Origin: an uncultured Candidatus Saccharibacteria bacterium
Lineage (GTDB): Bacteria; Patescibacteriota; Saccharimonadia; Saccharimonadales; EFPC-124
Direction: 5' to 3'
NCBI GenBank assembly: GCA_965225085.1
Contig: CBDDBE010000001.1
Coordinates: 257,641 to 321,640 of the forward strand
DNA length: 64,000 nucleotides
How positions within the stretch are numbered: position 1 is the stretch's first letter; every line of letters starts with the position of its first letter. The notes under the pieces are model-generated. The model had not been told where the DNA came from. It worked only from the letters and a program-made list of their open reading frames with translations, and searched no databases. The translations under genes were made by a program, and so were the position numbers. Below are positions 35,669 through 43,730 of the stretch, in pieces.

Positions 35669-36103
35669 TCAACCAAATATTACCCTAGCTAGCTCGGCTT
35701 TATCATACGATGGATTCATGTCGAGCTCTGCAAACTCGCCCTCCGTGAACCATCCCCATTTTTCGACATGATCGGTCTTCGTGATTTCGCTTTCTGGGAC
35801 TGTTACTCTGAAGAAAACATTCATTCTCGGAACCCCGTTCACAACTTTTCCAATATTGTAATGGACGATCTGAAAATCACTCGAGACTGCTAAACTCGAC
35901 ACGCCTATCTCTTCTTTAATTTCGCGCAAAAGACAATCTTTTAGAGATTCACCGTAGTCTACGCCACCACCGGGGATAGCCCACCAACCGCCCCCGTCTA
36001 CTTCCTTCACTACTAGTATTTTATCTGCAGATACAATCAACGCTCGGACGGCAACTCGATACAGCGAATCATCAATCTCTTCTAACCGTGGGTCAACATG
36101 CAT
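35669..36103 (-). CDS. NUDIX hydrolase
   Basis: 144-aa ORF with the NUDIX box GGGVDYGESLKDCLLREIKEEIGV. Confidence 0.85.
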   Translation of the reverse strand: MHVDPRLEEIDDSLYRVAVRALIVSADKILVVKEVDGGGWWAIPGGGVDYGESLKDCLLREIKEEIGVSSLAVSSDFQIVHYNIGKVVNGVPRMNVFFRVTVPESEITKTDHVEKWGWFTEGEFAELDMNPSYDKAELARVIFG

Positions 36104-36143
36104 GCATCAATAGTATCATTAGTTTTCAAGCCGCTTGGATATA

Positions 36144-36173
36144 AAAACAGAACTGAAGTAACAGTTCTGTTTT
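36144..36173 (-). terminator. Rho-independent terminator, inferred to be the original tRNA-Asn terminator displaced by island insertion
   Basis: Perfect 12-bp stem aaaacagaactg (36144-36155) / cagttctgtttt (36162-36173) with loop aagtaa. It lies 5 nt left of the attL repeat. Confidence 0.7.
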
Positions 36174-36178
36174 CACTT

Positions 36179-36193
36179 GTTCTATCTTGGCTC
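36179..36193. repeat. island boundary direct repeat (attL-like)
   Basis: GTTCTATCTTGGCTC is identical to 45474-45488. Confidence 0.75.
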
Positions 36194-36261
36194 ACAACGA
36201 TAGAGGACGTTATAACCGCGATAAAGCAGGATTTTGCGCTTATTTAGTGGGCCGCCCACAC

Positions 36262-36825
36262 CTAACTCTCTATGGCTATCTCTTTCACTAAGTACTTCCC
36301 GTCTTTCTTTATGTCCCTAAGAATAATCCATTTGCTGAAAGTAAGATTAGTTTCAGGGCGAAAAGACTGGTCGGTCATTAATCGCGCCTGTTTGGTATAA
36401 GGAATTCCAAGCCGTACAGAAATGTGTGGCAAAAATGCTAAGTGCTCGAATAAGCCAACGGAATAATTGTTAGCTTTCAAAGTTCTTAGTATATGCTTGC
36501 GGTACGCTTTCATCTCAGAAGACGCACGGAGCTGAACTTGACTCGAAACTCTGAACAAAGGGCTAAATATATTGGCTGGCCTCTGAATCGTTGCCGTAAG
36601 TGGCAGGTTTTTTGATACCTTCAGTAGCCGCTCCATATCCTGCAATAAATCCATGTCGCTCATTTGTGTCGGGGTTTTGATGGTTCGCAGCAACGTTACG
36701 TGCGGTGTGTCGTCGCGGTATGGTGTGGGCGGTAGCGTTTCGCGAATAGCTTCTATGGACTTTGTGGATTGACGATCAGGCAATAAGCATATAGAGAATT
36801 CAGAGGTCATGTCGCGTTGGTTCAT
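36262..36825 (-). CDS. 2H phosphoesterase superfamily protein (LigT / cyclic phosphodiesterase-like)
   Basis: 187-aa ORF with two H-x-T/S-x motifs at the canonical spacing: PHVTLL (H42) and PHISVR (H134). Confidence 0.7.
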   Translation of the reverse strand: MNQRDMTSEFSICLLPDRQSTKSIEAIRETLPPTPYRDDTPHVTLLRTIKTPTQMSDMDLLQDMERLLKVSKNLPLTATIQRPANIFSPLFRVSSQVQLRASSEMKAYRKHILRTLKANNYSVGLFEHLAFLPHISVRLGIPYTKQARLMTDQSFRPETNLTFSKWIILRDIKKDGKYLVKEIAIES

Positions 36826-36895
36826 AAAGTTATTTTAGCAAAAAAAGACTTCTAAAGAGGGCCTTCATTACGCTTAGCCCGGCTTATACTACTAG

Positions 36896-38044
36896 CTAGT
36901 TCTGTCTAATTCTTACCGGCAACTCAATCACCCTACCGCCTCGAAAACGCAGTATGAGTTTCACTGTGTCTCGGTCTAAATCGGGCATTGGGCGGTGATT
37001 GTTAAAATCGTAACTCATAAACACTACTAGCCTTTGCATCGCGTCGGCTGTAATTGGGTGGGGATGGTTCGGCTGCTCTTGCTCAAAGGTGAATCTATCG
37101 GTACTGAATGGTGTCCCGTCGGCATTTGTGCCGTCTACCCTTGCCTCTGTAATATAGTCGTTTCTGCCGCCGTAATTGTCCACGTCTATCACAGCCCGAA
37201 ACGAAGCTCCGTGACCACTATAGTTCGAAGCCCAGACTGCTTCAGGCTCGGACAACGCCGCCTGTGGTGCTTGTGGCGCTTGCGGTGTGGGTGTCTTAGC
37301 GACAGTTTGCTTATGCCGCTTCGGGGCTTCTGCTGCTTTTCTAACCTCGGCGTTATCAAGTAAGTGCATAGCGAGGCTACTGAGAGCCAGATATTCATAA
37401 GCTCGAACGGGGTCTTCGATCTTGCCGTCGGATGTGTGGCTTTTCTCGTTACGGAACTGGTCAATAGCCATAGTAAGGAACTTAACGGCCTCTTGAAAAT
37501 CATGCTCCACATTGTCGGCTGCTGCTCCCCTTATGAAGAGGCCGCCTTTGCCGAAAGCCTCTGAACCGGTCTCATGCTTAGTAAGCTCGCGCAGCCTGTC
37601 ACGAACTACCTTGAAGCCTTTTTCTACGGCTTCAGGATAGTTCTTGCTTAGATAAAGGCTTGAGCATTTTGCCTTAATCGCATGATGTAGTGCATCTAAG
37701 GTTCCTGCACTGATAGGCTCGGTCTGTTTGTTGCTTGAAACTGTGCTTTTCAAGAACTCTACTACTCCTGTTAGTAAACTGCGGTTGCTCTTTATATGAC
37801 TAAAATATGCTTTTGTGTCGCGCTGTGCATTTTCCGCCGGATTACCAGCTATGACAACCGAAGATGTTCCGTCGCGCAAACCGAAGTCTCGTACCTCATC
37901 TGAGCTATCACCAAGAATTTGCTTCAGTAGCAGCTCGGTATGTCTATGCCAAGCCTCGTATGCTTCGTGATCTTCTTGTGCTGCAAGGTTGTCGAGCTTG
38001 TCGATTTGTTCTGTAAGTAATGCGGTGGCTTGGTCAGGCTTCAC
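36896..38044 (-). CDS. HEPN-type (Ymh/TIGR02391-like) domain protein with helical N-terminus and unknown beta-rich C-terminal domain
   Basis: 382-aa ORF with a GTG start. The central segment is LHHAIKAKCSSLYLSKNYPEAVEKGFKVVRDRLRELT...FRNEKSHTSDG...AYEYLALSSLAMHLLD. The R-x4-H motif RNEKSH is encoded at 37436-37453. A Pro/Ala/Gln linker and a 115-aa C-terminal domain follow. Confidence 0.65.
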   Translation of the reverse strand: MKPDQATALLTEQIDKLDNLAAQEDHEAYEAWHRHTELLLKQILGDSSDEVRDFGLRDGTSSVVIAGNPAENAQRDTKAYFSHIKSNRSLLTGVVEFLKSTVSSNKQTEPISAGTLDALHHAIKAKCSSLYLSKNYPEAVEKGFKVVRDRLRELTKHETGSEAFGKGGLFIRGAAADNVEHDFQEAVKFLTMAIDQFRNEKSHTSDGKIEDPVRAYEYLALSSLAMHLLDNAEVRKAAEAPKRHKQTVAKTPTPQAPQAPQAALSEPEAVWASNYSGHGASFRAVIDVDNYGGRNDYITEARVDGTNADGTPFSTDRFTFEQEQPNHPHPITADAMQRLVVFMSYDFNNHRPMPDLDRDTVKLILRFRGGRVIELPVRIRQN

Positions 38045-38106
38045 TACCCCTTAGACTCCTTACCGACATTATACGCCCACAGGACGGAGCGGTACAGATG
38101 GGCTTG

Positions 38107-38565
38107 CTATGCTATTAAATTGAGTCGCTCAAAGAGTGTAATTGAGGGTGGTGTCAGCCTGTAGCCGCCGAGTTGTGAGAGTTTCATCCACTCCAATTTC
38201 ACTAGGTCGTCGCTTAGCTTTGTTACTATTGCGTCTGCATCTTTGCCTACGTCCACGCGGTACACATTGAACTTCATTTTGCAGAGAACTTTTTCGCCGG
38301 TATCTTTGAGTGTCTTTTCGGTTTCGCCGGTTCCTTTGTCGTCTGCCAGTGCAACCTTGCAAGTGTTAGTGTCGATGCCGACTTCTTCTAAAATCTCGCG
38401 CCTCAATGCTTCAAGCTGAGTTTCTCCCTCATCAACGCCACCGCCGGGAATGTGCCAACAATCTGCGTACACCCCGCCGCCTTTCGAGTCCTTCATACCC
38501 ATAAGCAGCTTGCCATCTCTAGAAAAGATGAGCGCTGATACGATTTCGCGGTGGATAGTCCTCAT
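38107..38565 (-). CDS. NUDIX hydrolase
   Basis: 152-aa ORF with the NUDIX box GGGVDEGETQLEALRREILEEVGI. It has an ATGA overlap with the upstream gene. Confidence 0.85.
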   Translation of the reverse strand: MRTIHREIVSALIFSRDGKLLMGMKDSKGGGVYADCWHIPGGGVDEGETQLEALRREILEEVGIDTNTCKVALADDKGTGETEKTLKDTGEKVLCKMKFNVYRVDVGKDADAIVTKLSDDLVKLEWMKLSQLGGYRLTPPSITLFERLNLIA

Positions 38566-38825
38566 ATCTTTGTGAACCGCTGTGCGGTTTTGCCGTCTAC
38601 CTCGACATCCTCAACCCAATTTGCTACCGGGCGTATCCACGTGAGCTTGTCGCCGTACTCTGCTTGGTAAATAACACAAGGCTCGTTGTCTTCTTCGCGA
38701 AGGGCGATTGCTAAAACCTTGTAACTCAACTGCTTGTAGTGCATGTAACGAGCGCCCACGACGACTTGTTTGTTAGCTTTGGCTAGACGTGCGGATAGTT
38801 GTGACTGTGTTTCTTTTTCGTTCAT
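38562..38825 (-). CDS. DUF1653-like protein
   Basis: YMHYKQLSYKVLAIALREEDNEPCVIYQAEYGDKLTWIRPVANWVEDVEVDGKTAQRFTKI fits the DUF1653 pattern (from memory). The start is ATG 38825; the alternative is GTG 38837. Confidence 0.65.
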   Translation of the reverse strand: MNEKETQSQLSARLAKANKQVVVGARYMHYKQLSYKVLAIALREEDNEPCVIYQAEYGDKLTWIRPVANWVEDVEVDGKTAQRFTKI

Positions 38826-38829
38826 CTGA

Positions 38830-39315
38830 CTAAACACCTACCAGCTTCTTAAACTGTTCATGATCGTATTTTACTTCTGGATTGGTGTCATCAACGTGGA
38901 TGTTGTTGTCTGGGTTGAATGGCGGCGTGTTAATGACGATTAGCACTAAGTCTTCTTTTGGGATGGTAAAGTGTGCTGTTTGGGGCGGCGTCACAATAAC
39001 ATCGCCACTCTTTATTTGCAGCTCTTCACCACCCACAACGGTTACGCCACTGCCCGTAAGAATAAAATAAATCTCCGTTTCGCCACCGCTGTGGTAGTGT
39101 GGCTCAGCTACTTTTATCTCGCGCATATCAGCAATGGCGAAGCTCTCGTCAGGCCGATCAAGTGGACTTGTGGGTTCATAGACTGGTCCGCAGTATGTCG
39201 CTTTAGGTGTTACGCCTTCAACTACGTTTTGCCAATCGCCCATTGTGGCAATGTGTCCTTGCCACGCGGCAATGAGTTCTTTTATTTTTGGATCGTTCGT
39301 GGTGTTGAATATCAT
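38830..39315 (-). CDS. cupin-domain protein
   Basis: Start placed at ATG 39315 (MIFNTTNDPK...). The cupin motifs are AEPHYHSGGETEIYFILTGSG and GDVIVTPPQTAHF. The track start at 39423 overlaps the divergent gene. Confidence 0.65.
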   Translation of the reverse strand: MIFNTTNDPKIKELIAAWQGHIATMGDWQNVVEGVTPKATYCGPVYEPTSPLDRPDESFAIADMREIKVAEPHYHSGGETEIYFILTGSGVTVVGGEELQIKSGDVIVTPPQTAHFTIPKEDLVLIVINTPPFNPDNNIHVDDTNPEVKYDHEQFKKLVGV

Positions 39316-39337
39316 GTAAACCATTATACTAGAACAC

Positions 39338-39826
39338 ATGAAGAAGCCATTTACTGACGAAGACGCAGCCAAGCTCGTAGACTGTGCCGTCGAACTAGCC
39401 CAAACGGTAGCCACCGACAACAAAGGTCCCCAGCCAATGGCTATCTGCTGTATGAAGGCCGATCAAGGCGTTATGGGTGTGCCCACGGCGTATCGCTGTA
39501 TGGATACGGTCAAGGCAACCAGCGCTACCTTTGCCATCCACAAAGCATTTACAGTGCTTCTTTACCAAGCTGATACCAAAAAACATGCTGACCGTCTTAA
39601 GGATGGCACTTGGAGCGAGGCCGATATGATATTGCAGCAGCACACCATTCCACAATTCACGCCGTGGGATGGCGGCATACAGGTGAAGGATGACGAGGGG
39701 AATGTGGTTTGCTCACTTGGTGGCGCTGGACGCACAAGCGAGGGTGATCGTCGGCTAATGGTTTTGGCTGCACACAAAATGGGGTATAAGACTAATTTTG
39801 ATGAAAAGGGCGATCCGTTAGCTTAG
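39338..39826 (+). CDS. GlcG/HbpS-like (DUF336, haem-degrading-type) protein
   Basis: 162-aa ORF with a fold pattern ending in WDGGIQVKDDEGNVVCSLGGAGRTSEGDRRL, comparable to GGG.P....G..vGaiGVSG....D. Confidence 0.6.
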   Translation: MKKPFTDEDAAKLVDCAVELAQTVATDNKGPQPMAICCMKADQGVMGVPTAYRCMDTVKATSATFAIHKAFTVLLYQADTKKHADRLKDGTWSEADMILQQHTIPQFTPWDGGIQVKDDEGNVVCSLGGAGRTSEGDRRLMVLAAHKMGYKTNFDEKGDPLA

Positions 39827-39835
39827 GATTTTTAG

Positions 39836-40216
39836 ATGACCAACGAGATTACTCTAGCTATATCAGCCTTGGGCGTCGGTGGGCTGCTGGGTGCCCTAGT
39901 TAAATCGGTACTCGATAAGCGCCAGTACAAGTTCTCAAAAGCCTTTGACTATAAAGAATCCCGCTACAAGGCGATGATGATTCTAATGTGGATTGCTATG
40001 AATCCTAATGAGCATGAGCTTAAACAGCTTCGCCTACACAGACCCCAGATCAAAAACGCAAAAGAGCTAGAAAATGAATTAAATCTGGAGTACCACAATG
40101 CTATGCTTTTCGCTTCGGACACGGTGCTAAATAATTTAATGGCTTTTATGAAAAATAAGAATCCCGAAAACTGGCAGCATACAGTCCGAGCCATGAAGAA
40201 AGACCTGTACTTATAG
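39836..40216 (+). CDS. hypothetical protein with N-terminal TM helix
   Basis: 126-aa ORF starting 10 nt after the GlcG-like stop, with TM segment ITLAISALGVGGLLGALV. No family recognised. Confidence 0.5.
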   Translation: MTNEITLAISALGVGGLLGALVKSVLDKRQYKFSKAFDYKESRYKAMMILMWIAMNPNEHELKQLRLHRPQIKNAKELENELNLEYHNAMLFASDTVLNNLMAFMKNKNPENWQHTVRAMKKDLYL

Positions 40217-40225
40217 ATTTCGCGC

Positions 40226-40699
40226 CTAAACGTGTACCGTGTCGTCAATCAGCCCTTGCTCTCGAAAACTAAAATAACCAGTCTTCGTGACAATAAAATG
40301 GTCCCGTAACGGAATGCCGAGCAATATCCCCGCCGCTATAAGCTGCTGCGTAGTCTTAATATCTTCCTTGCTAGGCTCTGCTATGCCGCTCGGGTGGTTG
40401 TGGGCAATAATAACGCTTGCGGCTCGATCCATTAGTGGCTCAGCGAACATTTCTCGCGGATGTACCAGACTGCTGCTTAGTAGCCCTATCGTCACCACGC
40501 GCCGCCGTATGAGCCGCCCAGCACTATCCAGCGACAATGTAACGAAGTACTCTTGCCGTCTATCTCTAAACGGCTTGAGACAGGCTAGTACGTCGTGGGT
40601 CGATCGTAGCGGTTTGGTGATGTTTGGCTGCTGACAGACCACACACGAGCTTCCTTCGCTCCTTTTGTAGGAGAGTCGCTTTTTTCGGCGACTCCCCAT
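40226..40699 (-). CDS. RadC-like JAB/MPN domain protein
   Basis: 157-aa ORF with the JAMM motif IIAHNHPSGIAEPSKEDIKTTQQL and the E-containing upstream block. This domain is typical on mobile elements. Confidence 0.85.
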   Translation of the reverse strand: MGSRRKKRLSYKRSEGSSCVVCQQPNITKPLRSTHDVLACLKPFRDRRQEYFVTLSLDSAGRLIRRRVVTIGLLSSSLVHPREMFAEPLMDRAASVIIAHNHPSGIAEPSKEDIKTTQQLIAAGILLGIPLRDHFIVTKTGYFSFREQGLIDDTVHV

Positions 40700-40914
40700 T
40701 ACCGTTAGGCTCCTGTACCGGAGCTGTCAGACCAGCTAACCATTTTTAACCCTGATTTTCCTTATTTTCTACTATTTATCACTGGTAGTATCGCCGTGAT
40801 TAGTTCTTCGTCGTCCTTTGGTAACTTCGGACCTTGGGGTCGAACCTTTGTTCCCCGCGGCGTAATGCTTGCCCTCATTTCTCTCATGATTTCCCACAGG
40901 ATTCTTGTTACTGC

Positions 40915-41379
40915 CTAGAACACAGCCTTAATTGGGGCAACTTGTGTTGCGTCCGTGGAGTGAATGTCTACTAACAGTGATCCCATTACAAGTACAGTGT
41001 CTGAGCTGTTTGTGAAATAGGATGTCTTTGCGCCCTCGGCCTTAGAATTGTTGGCGAACTCATACAGCTCGACATTCGTTTCGCCAACATTGTACTTACC
41101 GCCCTTGTTTGCACCAACCATTTGATAGTACGCGCCTTGGTCATTTGAAACCGTAAAGCCGGCAGCCTTCCAGGCGGCAACAGCCGATTTAATGTCAGTC
41201 ACTTTTGTAACTTCAACATTCTTGGTCTGAGTCTGTTGCTGTCCTTCGTCATTCGTAGTTGTAGTCTTAACTGCCACTGTCTTTTTATTATCGTGGTTGC
41301 CCATGACAACGGCCCCCACAACCACTGCCACTACGACAACTACGCTTGCTACTATCATTGTTATTTTCTTGCCACTCAT
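40915..41379 (-). CDS. hypothetical membrane-anchored exported protein
   Basis: 154-aa ORF with RBS AGAGGAG and TM segment ITMIVASVVVVVAVVVGAVV. No family recognised. Confidence 0.55.
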   Translation of the reverse strand: MSGKKITMIVASVVVVVAVVVGAVVMGNHDNKKTVAVKTTTTNDEGQQQTQTKNVEVTKVTDIKSAVAAWKAAGFTVSNDQGAYYQMVGANKGGKYNVGETNVELYEFANNSKAEGAKTSYFTNSSDTVLVMGSLLVDIHSTDATQVAPIKAVF

Positions 41380-41847
41380 CGTACTGCACTCCTCTGTATG
41401 GATTTAGTTAGTATTCGGCGGCATCAAAAAAGCTCGCCGCCAGCGATGCCCTTTCGGACACCCACAGCCGTTTCCGACTGCGACCATACAGAACAGTGCT
41501 CTGACGACGAGCTGTTTGTTCTGTATGGATTGATACGACCATACCTGTCCCTTACGGGTGGCTCTAGGTCTAGGCGATAAATCGCTTAATGCTACTATAC
41601 AACAATAACAGGAGTAAGTGTACTTTTTATCATCTCAACGCTCAAGGCCCGCTGGAGAGCTTCCAGAGAGCCCACAGAGGGTATTAAAAGCCTGTTCATC
41701 TTTTTGTATCGGAGGAGATGAAGCAATGCCGCCCAAATTTTTAAGCCAGATTTTGACCCCCTTAACGCCATTTTTCACTATTCACCGGCCCCCTATTTTC
41801 CATACGCCGAATCCCTTAAAAATCCGGCAAAAGCGTACAAGTTTTCA

Positions 41848-42087
41848 CTAACTTGTAAGGAAATTAAAGACTGCTTTGCGCTGGTTTTCTTTCGCAAGAG
41901 TCATCCGCTCCGCGAAGACTGGATTGCTATTGAAGTGGTAGTAGTACACCTGACGGCTTATACCCGCATAACGGCACGAATCTGTGATGCTGGCGCTGTG
42001 TGCTATCGCATCTGCCAATTTGAAAACTGTCCGCATGTTGATCTTAGTGGGTCGTCCCACTGCGTTTTTGATTGCTTTGGTTGCCAC
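41848..42087 (-). CDS. small helix-turn-helix protein (homeodomain/terminase-small-like HTH)
   Basis: 79-aa ORF: GRPTKINMRTVFKLADAIAHSASITDSCRYAGISRQVYYYH. Confidence 0.5.
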   Translation of the reverse strand: MATKAIKNAVGRPTKINMRTVFKLADAIAHSASITDSCRYAGISRQVYYYHFNSNPVFAERMTLAKENQRKAVFNFLTS

Positions 42088-42151
42088 GAGTAACTCCTTT
42101 ATTTTTGTAAAAACCTCTACTCTAATTATAAAAGACGAGCGCTTGAGAGAT

Positions 42152-42162
42152 GTTGCAGCAAC
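42152..42162. promoter_or_regulatory. candidate operator palindrome in the divergent HTH / 285-aa gene promoter region
   Basis: GTTGC-A-GCAAC is a perfect 11-bp palindrome. It lies 20 nt before ATG 42182 and 65 nt from the HTH gene start. Confidence 0.35.
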
Positions 42163-42181
42163 TGGTTACTGATGACTTATA

Positions 42182-43039
42182 ATGTTAATCAATCGCATGA
42201 AAGTAGCCGACCAATTAACGAACAATAATGATTATCCAGTTGTAAGGGTGCTAAACACTGTGGCCTTATCCGTTATTGCTTCAGTCCGAAAGGCTGAGGA
42301 AATGGATTTGCCTGAAGACTATGAGATTAACGAACTGAATCGTGCGTACGTGCTCCTCGTTCACGAGCTTGAGAAGTTGTACGGTCAAAACCCCAGCTTG
42401 GCTGAAATAGGGCCAGAACCATTTTGGAAACGATTCGATGTCCTGAAGCACCGATCCTGGAAGATGCTCGATGACTTAGACGATCCTGACAACGACAAGG
42501 GGCTAGCCCACATGCTTAAGCTGGATAAGTTATGTATCATTGCGGACAGTGAGACGCCTGAGTTATCGGCAGAACAAGTTAAGCTTATTGAGCAGGTGCT
42601 GGAAGCTGTCAAAAAGTACCGCCAAGTGCTTGATGATGCAAGACTCGATAAAAACGCAAGAATAGAAGACTCGTGGTACGTACCCGAATATAAGCTGAGC
42701 TATACCGACGGTATAATAGTTATAAATGATGTGCTTAGGCTGAAAAAGACTCACATCGATTCATCCATAGATAAACTGCTTGAACAAGCCTTCAAGAATC
42801 GGAATAAGTTATTTACTCCAGAATTGCCGCAAACAGCCCGTAACTTAAGCACTATGCTGAGTAGCGCTGGCTTCACGCCGACGCTTAGACAGCTCTTCTT
42901 CCCTGCTGTTGGTAAGCGTAGGGGTGTTTTATTTCGCCCAATCGTATCTAGCGTACAAGCTAGCAAAGAAAAGATAGACACAACTAAATTGGACCTGACG
43001 CTTCAAGCATTGGACGCAGTCGTTACGTTTTCTGAATAA
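42182..43039 (+). CDS. hypothetical protein (285 aa, mostly alpha-helical, acidic)
   Basis: Long ORF with AT-rich codon usage consistent with the island. No family recognised. Confidence 0.55.
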   Translation: MLINRMKVADQLTNNNDYPVVRVLNTVALSVIASVRKAEEMDLPEDYEINELNRAYVLLVHELEKLYGQNPSLAEIGPEPFWKRFDVLKHRSWKMLDDLDDPDNDKGLAHMLKLDKLCIIADSETPELSAEQVKLIEQVLEAVKKYRQVLDDARLDKNARIEDSWYVPEYKLSYTDGIIVINDVLRLKKTHIDSSIDKLLEQAFKNRNKLFTPELPQTARNLSTMLSSAGFTPTLRQLFFPAVGKRRGVLFRPIVSSVQASKEKIDTTKLDLTLQALDAVVTFSE

Positions 43040-43229
43040 CCAATATAAATCGAACCGAAAATCGCAGTAATGAACCGAAACGTTGGCAGCTTGAACCTTT
43101 TAGCTACGCCATAAAACCCATTCAACGACAAGAGACTTATAAAGATCTCTAATAGTGGCTAGGACGAATAATCCGAGTTCACCTAGCATTCAATCGTCCC
43201 GTTAGGCGAACTCTCCACGGAGAGCAGAA

Positions 43230-43379
43230 ATGCTGTTAAGTAAAGATTTAGTAGAACGGTTTCAAGCAATCTACGTTAATAAAAATGGTGAAATGATTGG
43301 CTACGCCGAAGCCGAGTCGCAACTCAAAGAGCTTGCAGAGCTAGTACGCTTAACCAGTGCAATGCAGGAGGTCAAATAA
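43230..43379 (+). CDS. possible small protein (49 aa)
   Basis: ATG at 43230 is preceded by GGAGAG. It encodes MLLSKDLVERFQAIYVNKNGEMIGYAEAESQLKELAELVRLTSAMQEVK. Its stop lies 1 nt before the next ATG, and the next gene's AGGAGG RBS sits inside its 3' end. It is below the track's size cut-off. Confidence 0.4.
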   Translation: MLLSKDLVERFQAIYVNKNGEMIGYAEAESQLKELAELVRLTSAMQEVK

Positions 43380-43380
43380 C

Positions 43381-43725
43381 ATGGCCAAATCATTCACGGT
43401 TGAAGCACAGGTCCATATGCCTATTCCACAAGGCTACCGCGTAAAGGTGTCGGTACTTGACATAGGTATGTATATAAACGGGATGGTGGTAATGCCGCCA
43501 AGCGAAAGTCACGATAACTGGACGGTATACCCACCATCTCAAAGGGCTGGCAGGGGTAAGTACTCCTACATTATAGAGTTCAATAAGCAACTCCCTTTAT
43601 GGCAAGAAATCTACGACGCTTGCGTCGATGCTGTAAAGCTCGAACTATCGTACGACAAAAAGGATGTGGTAATCACTGACTTTGATGAAAACGCGCCCAT
43701 TAACTTGGATGATATACCCTGGTGA
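43381..43725 (+). CDS. hypothetical protein (114 aa), faint SpoVG-like pattern
   Basis: ATG at 43381 is preceded by AGGAGG at an 8-nt spacing. The sequence is VKVSVLDIGMYINGMVVMPPSESHDNWTVYPPSQRAGRGKYSYIIEF. The family assignment is not secure. Confidence 0.5.
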   Translation: MAKSFTVEAQVHMPIPQGYRVKVSVLDIGMYINGMVVMPPSESHDNWTVYPPSQRAGRGKYSYIIEFNKQLPLWQEIYDACVDAVKLELSYDKKDVVITDFDENAPINLDDIPW

Positions 43726-43730
43726 ACAAA

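Noticed and set aside
35669-36103. Chromosomal NUDIX gene as part of the island (it is also AT-rich)
   Set aside because: It lies outside the attL repeat and beyond the displaced tRNA terminator. It is probably ancestral flanking DNA or an older acquisition, and its sequence is not closely related to the island NUDIX.
40762-40887. 41-aa Lys/Arg-rich ORF upstream of radC, and the 41-aa ORF at 41726..41851
   Set aside because: They are plausible but unsupported, with no conservation data and weak or ambiguous RBS context for the first. They are mentioned in the findings only as possibilities.
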